DNA from: Ignavibacteriota bacterium
GTDB lineage: Bacteria; Bacteroidota; Ignavibacteria; Palsa-1295
Length of the DNA stretch: 64,000 nt
Reading direction: 5' to 3'
Assembly: GCA_963787835.1 (NCBI GenBank)
Contig: CAWBEI010000002.1
Span: 672,001-736,000 of the forward strand
This document shows, piece after piece, positions 47,112 through 58,202 of this stretch (its first letter is position 1; each line of letters starts with the position of its first letter). The position numbers and the translations under genes were made by a program. A model generated the notes under the pieces. The model worked only from the letters and a program-made list of their open reading frames with translations. It made no database searches and was not told where the DNA came from.

Positions 47112-50072
47112 ATGGCAGCGGCGAAGCGTAAAACAGTGGCAAATGAGTCGGTCGAGCACATGGCAGCGGCTCCTCCGGGCAATCCAAACGATTCTATCGT
47201 GGTTCGTGGCGCGCGCGTGCATAATTTGCGCGGCGTGGATGTCGATATTCCGCGCGAGAAGCTTGTGGTCATTACGGGCATCTCCGGTTCAGGGAAATCC
47301 TCGCTCGCGTTCGATACTATTTATGCGGAGGGCCAGCGGCGTTATGTGGAATCGCTCTCGCCGTATGCGCGTCAGTTTCTGGATATGATGGAGCGCCCGG
47401 ATGTCGATTATATCGAGGGACTTTCCCCTGCCATTTCCATCGAGCAAAAAACCATTGGCTCGACACCACGCTCGACCGTTGGCACCGTTACGGAGGTCTA
47501 TGATTTTATTCGCTTGCTTTTTGCCCGAACGGGTACGCAATTCTGTGTCGATTGTAATCTTCCTGTCGTGAAGCAAACGGTCGATCAGATCATCACGGCA
47601 CTCCTGAAATATCCGGACGGAACCAAAATTACGATCTTCGCTCCCATCGTTCGGGGCCGCAAAGGCCAGTTCAAAGAACTGTTCCGAGATGTCTTGCGCC
47701 AGGGCTTCGCGCGCGCCCGCGTCGACGATCTCCCGAAAGAGATCAGTGAAGATCTGGAACTTGACCGCTATAAAGCGCATACCATCGAGATCCTGATCGA
47801 TCGCATCGTGCTGAACGAAGGCATCCGCGACCGGCTGACGGCCTCGGTCGAAACGGCCCTCAAAATGAGCAAGGGAACGATCAGCGCCGAGATCGAGCAA
47901 AGCAAACAAAAGGAGAATGTGCTCTTCAGCGAAAAATATAGCTGCCCAAATTGTGGAAGGTCCTACGAAGAGCCGCAGCCCAATACCTTTTCGTTCAATT
48001 CACCGACCAACGCATGCCCGGAGTGCCACGGCTTAGGCGTTCGCAGGGATTTCGTGCTGGAACTTATTACTCCCGACAGATCGGTCTCTATCGAAGATGG
48101 CGGGATCGTTCCGTTTGGAAAACAAGGCAAGAACTGGCTTTGGGCGCAATTGGAAGCGCTGTTCGACCATTTCAGCATCCCGCTTTCCACGCCCATAACA
48201 TCGCTTCCCGAACCATTTCTCGAACTGCTCATGAATGGTTCCGGAAAACAAAAATTTCACGTTGTGTGGACGTCCGGTTCGGGCCGAACCACCAAATACC
48301 AAACAAAATGGGCTGGCGTGTTCGAGACACTTCGCTATTGGTTCAACGAATCCGGTTCCGAAGCGCAACGCGGCTGGGCCGAGCAATTCATGGCTGCCCA
48401 TACGTGCCCGGCATGCAATGGCGGAAGATTGAAACCCGAAAATCTCGCCATTCGCGTCCATGGCAAGAACGTCCGGGACATTGTGATGCTCTCGCTTATC
48501 GAAACGATCGAGTTCTTTCGCACGCTCTCGTTCGAAGGCATTAAGCAAACGATCGCTGAGCCGATCCTGAGAGAAATCATTCCACGTATCGATTTCCTGC
48601 TCCAAGTCGGACTTGGGTATCTTTCGCTCGATCGGTCGGCGCAATCGCTATCCGGCGGCGAATCGCAACGCATTCGCCTTGCTACGCAAATTGGCACGCA
48701 GCTTGTCGGTGTGCTCTATATCTTGGATGAGCCGAGCATCGGCCTTCATCAACGCGATAACCGTCGGCTCATTCATTCATTAGAACAATTGCGCGATCTC
48801 GGCAACACCGTTATCGTGGTCGAACATGACCGGGAGATGATGGAATCTGCAGATCTCCTGATCGATATTGGCCCTCGTGCCGGAGAGCATGGCGGGAACC
48901 TTGTGGCATACGGGCCACCGGCGCTATTTCAGTCGGCAACAAATGGGACTGCTCCGGCAAATGGATATTTTATAGGAGAGAATTCTCCTACCGCAAAATA
49001 TTTGGCGGGAATTTCTTCTTTGGAAATTCCCAAAGAGCGGGTAATTTCTAAAAAAAATAAAGCCATCGTACTCGAAGGAGCAACGGGAAATAATTTGCGT
49101 GACGTCACGCTCCGAATTCCGCTCGGAACATTCACGTGCATTACGGGAGTCTCCGGTTCTGGAAAATCAACGCTCATTAACGAGACGCTTGCTCCGATCT
49201 TGCAACGGCATTTTTACGATTCGCACGTCGTCCCGCTCCCGTTTAAGAAAATCGAAGGTTTAGATGAGATCGACAAGGTGATCGAGATCGATCAAACCCC
49301 CATTGGCCGGACGCCACGCTCGAATCCTGCGACTTATACCGGGCTGTTCACGTATATCCGCGATTTTTTTGCCTCACTGCCGGAATCGAATATTCGCGGA
49401 TATAAGATCGGGCGATTTTCTTTTAATGTCAAGAGTGGCCGATGTGAGGCGTGCGAGGGCGATGGCGTGAAAAAGATCGAGATGAATTTCCTGCCGGACG
49501 TTTATGTAACCTGCGACGTCTGTCGAGGCAAACGATACAATCGTGAAACACTCGAGGTGCATTACAAGGGCAAATCCATTGCGGATGTATTAGCGATGAG
49601 CGTAACGGAAGCCGAAGAATTCTTTTCGGAGATCCCTCGCATCAAGCGGAAGCTGCATGCACTGTCTTCCGTTGGAATGGGCTACATCCGGCTGGGTCAG
49701 CAAGCGCCAACGCTTTCCGGTGGGGAGGCGCAGCGCGTGAAGCTCGCGACGGAGCTTTCAAAAGTCGCTACCGGAAAAACGCTCTACATTTTGGATGAAC
49801 CGACGACCGGCCTTCATTTCGAGGATATCAAACATCTCATGGATGTGCTGCTCCGGTTGCGCGAGCGGGGAAACACCGTGGTCGTGATCGAGCATAACCT
49901 AGATGTGATCAAAATGGCGGACTGGGTCGTCGATCTTGGCCCCGATGGAGGCTCAGCCGGAGGGCACATCGTCGATGAAGGCACACCGGAAGCGCTTGCG
50001 GCCCGTTTTGGCGCGACCGGAAGCCATACCGCATTCTTTCTCAGGAAAGAATTAGGGATGCCGATCGATTAA
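47112..50072 (+). CDS. uvrA: Excinuclease ABC subunit A
   Basis: [27 protein letters not shown], two LSGGE signatures, zinc fingers. Confidence 0.98.
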   Translation: MAAAKRKTVANESVEHMAAAPPGNPNDSIVVRGARVHNLRGVDVDIPREKLVVITGISGSGKSSLAFDTIYAEGQRRYVESLSPYARQFLDMMERPDVDYIEGLSPAISIEQKTIGSTPRSTVGTVTEVYDFIRLLFARTGTQFCVDCNLPVVKQTVDQIITALLKYPDGTKITIFAPIVRGRKGQFKELFRDVLRQGFARARVDDLPKEISEDLELDRYKAHTIEILIDRIVLNEGIRDRLTASVETALKMSKGTISAEIEQSKQKENVLFSEKYSCPNCGRSYEEPQPNTFSFNSPTNACPECHGLGVRRDFVLELITPDRSVSIEDGGIVPFGKQGKNWLWAQLEALFDHFSIPLSTPITSLPEPFLELLMNGSGKQKFHVVWTSGSGRTTKYQTKWAGVFETLRYWFNESGSEAQRGWAEQFMAAHTCPACNGGRLKPENLAIRVHGKNVRDIVMLSLIETIEFFRTLSFEGIKQTIAEPILREIIPRIDFLLQVGLGYLSLDRSAQSLSGGESQRIRLATQIGTQLVGVLYILDEPSIGLHQRDNRRLIHSLEQLRDLGNTVIVVEHDREMMESADLLIDIGPRAGEHGGNLVAYGPPALFQSATNGTAPANGYFIGENSPTAKYLAGISSLEIPKERVISKKNKAIVLEGATGNNLRDVTLRIPLGTFTCITGVSGSGKSTLINETLAPILQRHFYDSHVVPLPFKKIEGLDEIDKVIEIDQTPIGRTPRSNPATYTGLFTYIRDFFASLPESNIRGYKIGRFSFNVKSGRCEACEGDGVKKIEMNFLPDVYVTCDVCRGKRYNRETLEVHYKGKSIADVLAMSVTEAEEFFSEIPRIKRKLHALSSVGMGYIRLGQQAPTLSGGEAQRVKLATELSKVATGKTLYILDEPTTGLHFEDIKHLMDVLLRLRERGNTVVVIEHNLDVIKMADWVVDLGPDGGSAGGHIVDEGTPEALAARFGATGSHTAFFLRKELGMPID

Positions 50073-50253
50073 AAGAAGATTTCGTTGGAATTCGTATGAA
50101 GGAATTGTGTTGTGGCTGCACCAGTTAATTCGTCGCGATAGCGAATTATTCATCCACGAATTGCATTCTTCGACATCGCATGAACACGGAATCGCCTTCC
50201 ATATCCCCGATTTTTCCAATCCCATTCTTCACGCTTAACTTTTAATTTCTTCA

Positions 50254-51363
50254 TTGTTTCAGTACATCGTCCGCCGGATCTTGCTTTATCTGCCCACGCT
50301 GTTCATTATTACAGTGATCTGGTTTGGCATCACACGGATGGCGCCCGGCGACCCGGCGGAACTCAAAGCTGGCGTAGGAAGCGAAGGCTCACAGCGTGGC
50401 AATCAACAGCTTAATGAGCAGATCATCAATCAGATCAGGGCACAGTGGCATCTCGATAAACCAATCTGGTACTGGACCATCTTTACCGATGACAAAGATT
50501 CCAGCGGACAGCTAAAGCCACTTTCGGAACGAACCACGTTCCGGTGGAACGGCACCAACAACCAGTACCATCTTTGGATGTCGGAGCAGCTTCGTGGCGA
50601 TTTCGGTGTTTCGTTTCAGGACCAGCGGCCTGTGATGGATAAGATCATCGAGCGCGTACCGATCACGGCATTTCTTTCGCTGACCTCGATCTTCCTCTCC
50701 TTTATCATTGCGATTCCCATCGGCATCTACTCTGCGGCAAAGTCCCGTGAGAACAGCACGATCGACCGAGCGGTATCGACCACGCTCTTTATCTTATACT
50801 CCCTGCCGAATTTTTGGATCGCCACCATGCTCATCATCTTTTTTGGCGGTGGAGATTTTCTGGCCTGGTTTCCGAACAACGGCTTGCATGGCAATGATTA
50901 TCCCTATCCTACCTGGATCGCAAACACCGGCGACCTGTTTTGGCATCTCGTTCTTCCGATGGTCTGCTATACGTATGGGTCCCTCACGTATCTTTCCAGA
51001 CAGATGCGCGGCTCCATGCTCGAAGTCATTCGACAGGATTACATCCGCACCGCCCGCGCCAAGGGCCTTTCGGAAAAGATCGTAGTCTATAAGCATGCGT
51101 TACGCAACTCCCTGATCCCCATCATTACCATTATGGGTGGAATCCTTCCAGCGATCGTCAGTGGATCTATTATTTTGGAAACGATCTTTACCATTCCTGG
51201 CCTCGGGTTGCTGGAATTCAATGCTCTTACATCGCGGGATTATCCCGTGATCATCGAGACCGGGCTTATTTCGTCGGTGCTTACGCTCGTTGGTATTCTG
51301 CTCAGCGATATTTTGTACTCCATCGTCGATCCTCGGATCGCATTTACGAAAAAGTCAGCATAA
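50254..51363 (+). CDS. oppB: Peptide ABC transporter permease (OppB/DppB)
   Basis: APGDP, GDFGVS, DYIRTARAKGL..KHALRNSL, RDYP, DPRI. Confidence 0.9.
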   Translation: MFQYIVRRILLYLPTLFIITVIWFGITRMAPGDPAELKAGVGSEGSQRGNQQLNEQIINQIRAQWHLDKPIWYWTIFTDDKDSSGQLKPLSERTTFRWNGTNNQYHLWMSEQLRGDFGVSFQDQRPVMDKIIERVPITAFLSLTSIFLSFIIAIPIGIYSAAKSRENSTIDRAVSTTLFILYSLPNFWIATMLIIFFGGGDFLAWFPNNGLHGNDYPYPTWIANTGDLFWHLVLPMVCYTYGSLTYLSRQMRGSMLEVIRQDYIRTARAKGLSEKIVVYKHALRNSLIPIITIMGGILPAIVSGSIILETIFTIPGLGLLEFNALTSRDYPVIIETGLISSVLTLVGILLSDILYSIVDPRIAFTKKSA

Positions 51364-51422
51364 GGATGACTGATACGAACGAGAACACACATCACCGATA
51401 AAAGCCAGGCATAGAGTATCTG

Positions 51423-52643
51423 ATGGACGAGAATAACGAATTTCGAAATATGGGATCGCTGAAAGCCGAAAAACCTTCGGCCGAAACGGTTGGCCCCCTC
51501 GATCGCATACCCGTTCGGGACGAATATCTGATCGGCCAGCAAAATTCCCAAACGGCCCCATTGCCGGAGGAGATCCCATCTAATTTCGAATCGGAGACAG
51601 AAGCAAAGCGGATCGAAGCTCGGCGCATGGTGACGCAAAGCTTTTGGTCGCTCGTTCGGCACCAGTATAAGAAAAATCGTATCGCAGTTTATGCACTGTA
51701 CGTGGTATATTTCCTTTTTGGCATAGCGATCTTAGCCGATGTACTTGCCAATGATAAGCCGTTATATGCAGTCTATAAGGGAACAACCTATTTCCCGGTC
51801 TTTAAGCAGTATCTTGCCGATCTTCATATCAGCCAATGGTCGCCCGATCTTGTGATGGCAGACTGGAACGACCTGGAAAAATCTGGCGATGTAAAAAATG
51901 CAATTTGGCCACCAATTAAGTATTCTGAATCCGACGAGGACCTGGCGAACACGCTGTCCCCGCCTTCCGGAACGCACTTGCTCGGCACAGACGGAATTGG
52001 CCGCGATGTGCTCGCCGGGATGATCCATGGCTCGCGTATAGCCCTCTCGATAGGGTTTGTGTCCATGTCATTCGCTATCATTATTGGAGTGTTTTTGGGT
52101 GCATTAGCTGGATTTTATGGCGGTTGGATAGACAACATCATTTCCAGGCTTATCGAGGTCGTGCTTACGCTGCCGACATTCTTTCTCATTATCGCCATCG
52201 TCGCGATGGTACAGACAGGCTCAGTCTGGCTGATCATGGTACTGATCGGTATCACAAGCTGGCCCAGCGTTGCGCGATTCACACGCGGGGAATTTCTTCG
52301 AATTCGTAACATGGAGTTCGTTTCGGCGGCATCGGCACTGGGGTTTAAGAATTCCAGGATCATTCTTCGGCATATGCTTCCGAATTCGCTCGCGCCAGTA
52401 TTGATCTCCGCTGCCTTTGGCATCGCAGGTGCGATCCTAACAGAGGCCAGCCTTTCTTTCTTGGGATTTGGCGTTCCTCCGACCGTCGTGACCTGGGGTA
52501 GTGTATTGAACGATGCCCGAAACGACATTCACGCCTGGTGGCTTGCGGTCTTTCCGGGATTTGCAATTTTTCTTGCCGTCGTTGCGTATAATCTTGTCGG
52601 CGATGGCCTGCGGGATGCGCTTGACCCACGCCTTAGAGATTAA
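51423..52643 (+). CDS. oppC: Peptide ABC transporter permease (OppC/DppC)
   Basis: HLLGTDGIGRD, RHMLPN, EASLSFLG, GDGLRDALDP. Confidence 0.9.
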   Translation: MDENNEFRNMGSLKAEKPSAETVGPLDRIPVRDEYLIGQQNSQTAPLPEEIPSNFESETEAKRIEARRMVTQSFWSLVRHQYKKNRIAVYALYVVYFLFGIAILADVLANDKPLYAVYKGTTYFPVFKQYLADLHISQWSPDLVMADWNDLEKSGDVKNAIWPPIKYSESDEDLANTLSPPSGTHLLGTDGIGRDVLAGMIHGSRIALSIGFVSMSFAIIIGVFLGALAGFYGGWIDNIISRLIEVVLTLPTFFLIIAIVAMVQTGSVWLIMVLIGITSWPSVARFTRGEFLRIRNMEFVSAASALGFKNSRIILRHMLPNSLAPVLISAAFGIAGAILTEASLSFLGFGVPPTVVTWGSVLNDARNDIHAWWLAVFPGFAIFLAVVAYNLVGDGLRDALDPRLRD

Positions 52644-52945
52644 GCCCACGAAAAGTACAATTTCGCGATTTTTTTGATTTTCTGGATTGATTCTTGCAAT
52701 TATTAGATTATCAGATTTAATGGATGAACACTCACAATTATGAGCATTCGTCCTGCGATCCTTTCTATCTGGAACGTCTTGGTTTACGATTAGCGGAACC
52801 AAACACCACTAAAAATGGAATTAGCAACCTGCAAACGTGAGAATGGAGTGCCGTGCGTTGATCGTGAGGCGCTGAATGGGCACCGCGTCGGTATCGACGC
52901 CACGCCCGCTCATTCCCCCCTTAACTGTCATTCTAATTTTTTCCC

Positions 52946-53176
52946 ATGCTTTGGACCTCAGAATTAGCCGAATATTTACAAGACGCCCCATGGCCTGCCA
53001 ATAAGGCCGAACTCATCGATTATTGCGAACGTATCGGCGCACCGCCGGCGGTCGTCAGGAATTTGGAAGAGCTTGAAGACGAAGACGAGCAATTCGAGTC
53101 GATCGGCGAAGTGTGGCCGGATTACTCTCCTGAAGACGACGAGTTCTACTACGACGATGAATTGAACGAGTATTGA
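52946..53176 (+). CDS. DUF2795 family small acidic protein
   Basis: MLWTSELAEYLQDAPWPANKAELIDY..R.GAP..VWPDY. Confidence 0.85.
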   Translation: MLWTSELAEYLQDAPWPANKAELIDYCERIGAPPAVVRNLEELEDEDEQFESIGEVWPDYSPEDDEFYYDDELNEY

Positions 53177-53266
53177 GCGTAAGGCGCTCCATTGACCCGG
53201 TTTCTCACGGCGGGGAGTTTGGTGACAACCCGCATTCATCCTATGTGAGTCTCAAGGATTGACCGA

Positions 53267-55528
53267 ATGCAAGTGATAATTTCATCCTATTCGGCCGCGA
53301 TCCTAAGGCCTCCCTTATCACTTCGGAGATTCTTACCGATCACCTCGTGGATCGTAACAGTATTGTTGTGCACCCTTGCGCCTTTTGCCAATGCGCAAAC
53401 CCTCTCCCCGGAATCGGAAGGCCAGTCTGTAAATATGACCGCCGGTCAGGTGGTTGCTATTGAGTTTCAAGGCAACCATGCCCTTTCGAGCGATGAGCTT
53501 GCAACGGTCACCAGTACAAAAGTTACGGGATGGCTAAGCCGGACTGTGTATGGGTTTCCTCTCCTGAAATCGTATGGGTCAGACTATCAAACGCTTTCCC
53601 AAACAACCCTCAGTCATGATACCACTGCACTGAGCAGATATTATCAAGACCATGGGTTCATCGATGCGCATTGCACTTATGTTGTACGTGCCGACCACGA
53701 AGATCTTCATAATTACTTCGAGCAGATCCGGCGTGAACGCCTGACGTTATCCACCGGTGCTAAACGGGGGCCACTGCCAGAAGTGCGTGACACTGTTATT
53801 TTTACAGTCAAGGAAGGACCAGCGTTTCATATTTCCCGCGTTGCCATTGAAGGTCTTGAATCGCTTCCCAATGAATTTCAAGGAGATCTGAATGAAAAAG
53901 TAACCATTAAATCCGGCCAGCAATGGTCCCGGGCTGCTGCCGCGAGTGAGGTCCAACGCCTGACCAGCATTTTGATCGAGAATGGCTATCCGAACGCTCG
54001 ATCGGATACCGTCATAGCACAACACACCGAAGGAGATAGCACGGTAAACGTTCTCTTTTATTTTCACCCAGGTCACCGGTATCGATATGGGCGGTTTGAA
54101 ATAAAATTTGATACTGCTTCCGCAGAAAAATCCCGAGTTGCAAATGGGGTGGTTCTATCGCAGATGTATATTGATAGCGGACATTGGTATAAACTTTCGG
54201 AGATCCAACGCAGCGAGGCGGCTTTGAACAAGCTGGGAACATTCGACTTGTTTCGCATTTCGCTGGACACCGATTATATCAACAGGCTGCCAGATTCCGC
54301 CCGCGATTCTGCCGCTGTTCCGGTCGAGATCTATCTCCGGATGAAACAACGGTGGGAAATTCCAGTTGGAATTTTTGGTGGGGAAAGTAGCCAGAAAGAC
54401 CTGGTATTCGGTTTTTCCGCCGGACTTACCAATAGGAACTTTTTTCAGAATGCCGATAATGTAAGCGCTCAAATCTCGTGGCAGTTTCTCCCAACCTCTC
54501 TTACCAGGTTAACCGCAAACATTGATTACACCGTACCGTATATCGGCCTCGGCCACATCCCACTCATCATGGGACTTGGCACCAGTAAACAGGTAACGTC
54601 CGACTCCCCCTCCTACACGTTCTACTCGGTCACGGCCCATTTGGGAACTACTTTTATCCTTAGCACGCTCGATAACAGAACGACGGTCACTCCGGATTTT
54701 CTCGTAGCATACGATAGTACACAAACTACCGATTCCAGTATCCGCGCCAACGCCCCACCGCACCAGGTAAACCTTATTCCATCCATCGCTTATCAGGATG
54801 ATCGTACGAATGATCTTATCAATCCCACGAGTGGATATTTACGTTCTGCCTCAGTAGAAATGGGTATCCCAACCACATTACTAAACGCACCAAGTTCAGC
54901 ATACCTGAAAAGTGTTTTTCAGATAAAATATTATTTCGATCTTTCGGATCGCGGCACCACCGTCATCGCCACCCATCTACGAGCCGGTGCATCCTATCTG
55001 TTCTATCCCGATTCCGATCGCGCCCCCTCACTTGACCGGCGTTTCTATGGTGGTGGAGCGACCTCGAATAGAGGCTGGGCCGAACAATCGCTGCTCGTCT
55101 CGAATTCTATTGCGAATAGTGCCACTCAGGGTGGATATAATGACCTGGAAGCTAACATCGAATTGCGCTTTGCACCATTCCAATATCCTGGCGAATTCAC
55201 GTCATGGCAGCAGTATTCCTCTCCGGTGAGAATCGTGTTATTTTACGATATTGGCAATGTGTGGGATAATATTGCGTGGACCGATTTTTCACAAGCGATC
55301 AACTTCAAGATGCTGGCTCAAACTATAGGTCTCGGCCTTCGATACAATACCTTTTTTGGGGCATTGCGTGTCGATTGGGGCTTTAAATTGTATGACCCAT
55401 CCAATCAATTCAATAACTTCCAATCGGCCATCACTCCAGACATGACTGGCGGCTGGCTTTTTAAACATAGATTTCTCTCCGTCGGCAACACGAGCAATTT
55501 TCATTTCGGGATCGGTCAGGCATTCTGA
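53267..55528 (+). CDS. Omp85 (BamA/TamA) family outer-membrane protein
   Basis: POTRA-like FQGNHALS, RFYGGG..SNRGW, GLGLRY..GALRVDWG, HFGIGQAF. Confidence 0.88.
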   Translation: MQVIISSYSAAILRPPLSLRRFLPITSWIVTVLLCTLAPFANAQTLSPESEGQSVNMTAGQVVAIEFQGNHALSSDELATVTSTKVTGWLSRTVYGFPLLKSYGSDYQTLSQTTLSHDTTALSRYYQDHGFIDAHCTYVVRADHEDLHNYFEQIRRERLTLSTGAKRGPLPEVRDTVIFTVKEGPAFHISRVAIEGLESLPNEFQGDLNEKVTIKSGQQWSRAAAASEVQRLTSILIENGYPNARSDTVIAQHTEGDSTVNVLFYFHPGHRYRYGRFEIKFDTASAEKSRVANGVVLSQMYIDSGHWYKLSEIQRSEAALNKLGTFDLFRISLDTDYINRLPDSARDSAAVPVEIYLRMKQRWEIPVGIFGGESSQKDLVFGFSAGLTNRNFFQNADNVSAQISWQFLPTSLTRLTANIDYTVPYIGLGHIPLIMGLGTSKQVTSDSPSYTFYSVTAHLGTTFILSTLDNRTTVTPDFLVAYDSTQTTDSSIRANAPPHQVNLIPSIAYQDDRTNDLINPTSGYLRSASVEMGIPTTLLNAPSSAYLKSVFQIKYYFDLSDRGTTVIATHLRAGASYLFYPDSDRAPSLDRRFYGGGATSNRGWAEQSLLVSNSIANSATQGGYNDLEANIELRFAPFQYPGEFTSWQQYSSPVRIVLFYDIGNVWDNIAWTDFSQAINFKMLAQTIGLGLRYNTFFGALRVDWGFKLYDPSNQFNNFQSAITPDMTGGWLFKHRFLSVGNTSNFHFGIGQAF

Positions 55529-55630
55529 GATTCTTCTTTTCCAAAACACACGAACCCGAACCGCCCTTACAAAGGTTATTAACTATCCAACAAATCCTTA
55601 ACCTTGATTTAACGAAAGGAAAAAACTGCT

Positions 55631-57712
55631 ATGAGTACGCAGATTCGTAATCTTGCCCTTGCCGGACACGCAGGGTGCGGCAAGACCACCTTAGCCGAAG
55701 GCATTGCTTTTGCCGCGGGGGCCATAAACCGCCGCGGCACGATCCAGGAATCGAATACGATCTCCGATTATCACCCCGACGAGACCGCCCGAAAACATTC
55801 GATCAATACGTCCCTTATTTCCCTCAACTCCCAAAATACCAAGCTAAATATACTCGACACACCCGGATATGCCGATTTCACAGGTGAAGTGCGTGCGGCG
55901 CTGCACGTCGCCGATACTGCGATGATCGTGATCGATGCTCAGCATGGTGTCGAAGCCGGAACTGTTCAAGCATGGGACTTTTCTCAGCATGACCAAAATT
56001 CTGTCATCTTTATCATAAATAAACTCGATCACGTTGAAGCAGACTTTGATGCGGTCATCGAAAGTGCGAAAAGCCACTTCGGACACGAAGTAGCGATCGT
56101 TCAATTTCCATTGAACGAGGGCGAAGGTTTTAATGCTATCATTGATGTCATGAAGATGAAGCTTCTCCGATTTTCTACGGATGGGAAGTACACGGAAGAA
56201 GAAATTCCTGAGAACGTTCGCACTCGCGCCGATGAACTGCATCGGCAACTCGTCGAGATCGTGGCCGAAAGCGACGACACATTAATGGAGGAATATTTTG
56301 CGAACGATGGCCAGCTCGATGAATCCCATTTCGCCGGCGGCATCCATGAATCGCTCGCGCACCGAAAGCTTTTCCCGGTTCTTTGCGCTTCCGCAGAGAA
56401 GAATATTGGCGCTAAGCGCATCTTGGAGTTTTTGGTTACGAACGCTCCGGCCCCTGAAGATCATTTATCGGACGTAAAGGGAATCAATCCCGACACAAAA
56501 AAGGAAGTCAGCCTAAACGCCGCCCCGAAAGATGCGACTACACTCTTTGTGTTCAAAACCGTGAGCGAGCCGCATTTGGGCGATCTTTCGTTCTTCCGAG
56601 TGTATCATGGCGAACTTCATCCCGGCACGGATCTGGTGAATGAAGCGAATGGAAAAAGCGAGCGCATCGCTCAACTTTTTGTCATGAGTGGGAAAAACCG
56701 CAAGGAAGCATCATCCGTCCCGTGTGGTGACATTGCCGCTGCGGTAAAACTGAAAGATACCCATACCAATAATACGCTTTCCTCGCGAAGTTTTCCGGTC
56801 GTACTACATCCGATCGAATTTCCATCGCCGATCATCACAAGCGCCGTCGCGGCGAAGAATAAAGGCGATGAAGAAAAGATGGCCATCGGACTTCATTCCC
56901 TTCATGAGGAGGATCCAACATTCCTCGTGAGGCACGACCCCGAATTGCATCAGATGCTGATCGAAGGTCAGGGTGAATTGCACTTGGATATTGCGATTCG
57001 CCGGCTGAAAGAACGGTACAAAGTCGATATTGAGATCGTCGAACCGCGCATTGCATTCCGCGAAACGATCAAATCGAATGCGGACACCCGTTATCGCCAC
57101 AAAAAACAATCCGGGGGGGCAGGACAGTTTGGCGAAGTGGCAATCAAACTCCAGCCAAGACGGCGTGGCGAAGGATATGAATTTATCGATGCGATCGTTG
57201 GGGGCGTGGTCTCGAACAAGCATATTCCCGCTGTCGATAAAGGCATCCACGAATTCCTGACAAACGGCCCGCTGGCTGGTTATCCCGTCGTCGATGTGGC
57301 CGTCACATTGTATGATGGCAAGGAACATCCCGTCGATTCGAATGAAAATGCGTTCAAGACAGCCGGTAAGATGGCCTTCAAGGAGGCATTCCTGTCTGCT
57401 AAACCTGTATTGCTCGAACCGATCTATGATGTCGAGATCGCAGTTCCCGGCGATCACATGGGCGATGTGCTCGGCGATATTTCCTCGCGACGCGGCAAGA
57501 TCATGGGGATGGATTCCCGCAGTGGTTTCGAAGTGATCCGTGCGCAAGTGCCACTGGCTGAACTCTATCATTACTCCACGCGACTTCGATCACTTACTCA
57601 AGGCCGCGCTACCCATAAACAATCCTTCAGCCACTATGAAGAGGCGCCGCGGGAATTCGCGGATAAAGTGGTGCAGGAATCCGCGAAACATAAAGTAGCC
57701 GAAGTGGAATAA
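55631..57712 (+). CDS. fusA: Elongation factor G paralogue (EF-G2-like)
   Basis: GHAGCGKTT, DTPGYAD, NKLD, GQGELHL, KKQSGGAGQF; not in the str operon. Confidence 0.9.
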   Translation: MSTQIRNLALAGHAGCGKTTLAEGIAFAAGAINRRGTIQESNTISDYHPDETARKHSINTSLISLNSQNTKLNILDTPGYADFTGEVRAALHVADTAMIVIDAQHGVEAGTVQAWDFSQHDQNSVIFIINKLDHVEADFDAVIESAKSHFGHEVAIVQFPLNEGEGFNAIIDVMKMKLLRFSTDGKYTEEEIPENVRTRADELHRQLVEIVAESDDTLMEEYFANDGQLDESHFAGGIHESLAHRKLFPVLCASAEKNIGAKRILEFLVTNAPAPEDHLSDVKGINPDTKKEVSLNAAPKDATTLFVFKTVSEPHLGDLSFFRVYHGELHPGTDLVNEANGKSERIAQLFVMSGKNRKEASSVPCGDIAAAVKLKDTHTNNTLSSRSFPVVLHPIEFPSPIITSAVAAKNKGDEEKMAIGLHSLHEEDPTFLVRHDPELHQMLIEGQGELHLDIAIRRLKERYKVDIEIVEPRIAFRETIKSNADTRYRHKKQSGGAGQFGEVAIKLQPRRRGEGYEFIDAIVGGVVSNKHIPAVDKGIHEFLTNGPLAGYPVVDVAVTLYDGKEHPVDSNENAFKTAGKMAFKEAFLSAKPVLLEPIYDVEIAVPGDHMGDVLGDISSRRGKIMGMDSRSGFEVIRAQVPLAELYHYSTRLRSLTQGRATHKQSFSHYEEAPREFADKVVQESAKHKVAEVE

Positions 57713-57719
57713 AGCAATT

Positions 57720-57753
57720 GTGTAGCACCGGGAATATATTCCCGGTGCTACAC
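57720..57753. repeat. Perfect 34-bp GTAG-type REP palindrome
   Basis: GTGTAGCACCGGGAATATATTCCCGGTGCTACAC. Confidence 0.9.
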
Positions 57754-57797
57754 CGATTTCGTACGTTGTATCCTCATGGAGTAAAAACGATTGTGTT

Positions 57798-57827
57798 TTG
57801 ACAAGTTCCTTACATTCTTCTTACATT
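57798..57827 (+). promoter_or_regulatory. Promoter with overlapping 11-bp-period direct repeat
   Basis: TTGACA-18 nt-TACATT; CTTACATT at 57809 and 57820. Confidence 0.5.
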
Positions 57828-57921
57828 TCCGTGACAACTCGCAAATGGCGATCTGGTATTTTTGTATCGTCTTTTTGGACACACCGAAAAGCAGAACTTA
57901 ACAATCAAACCAAACACGATT

Positions 57922-58131
57922 ATGACACGGAAATTAGCTTCACTTCTTACCCTCGGTTTTCTCATCTTTGGCTCGGCGATCGGATTTACGGGCTGTTCCT
58001 CTCCAGATTTTCCGGACAGCAACCTCGGACATCAGTTAGGAATGTTAAACATCAAAGCCGACACCGATAGCTATCTTATCGCACCGACTACTCCGAGCAA
58101 AGCCGACTCGATAGCGCAACCAGCGCGCTAA
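57922..58131 (+). CDS. Small putative lipoprotein (69 aa)
   Basis: MTRK plus hydrophobic stretch plus FTGC lipobox-like motif. Confidence 0.55.
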   Translation: MTRKLASLLTLGFLIFGSAIGFTGCSSPDFPDSNLGHQLGMLNIKADTDSYLIAPTTPSKADSIAQPAR

Positions 58132-58157
58132 ATTGCGGCAGGACATAAAACAATCGC

Positions 58158-58187
58158 GTAGCGCCGGGAATATATACCCGGCACTAC
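58158..58187. repeat. Second copy of the GTAG REP
   Basis: GTAGCGCCGGGAATATATACCCGGCACTAC. Confidence 0.85.
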
Positions 58188-58202
58188 ACGGTTAGTTGCC
58201 GC

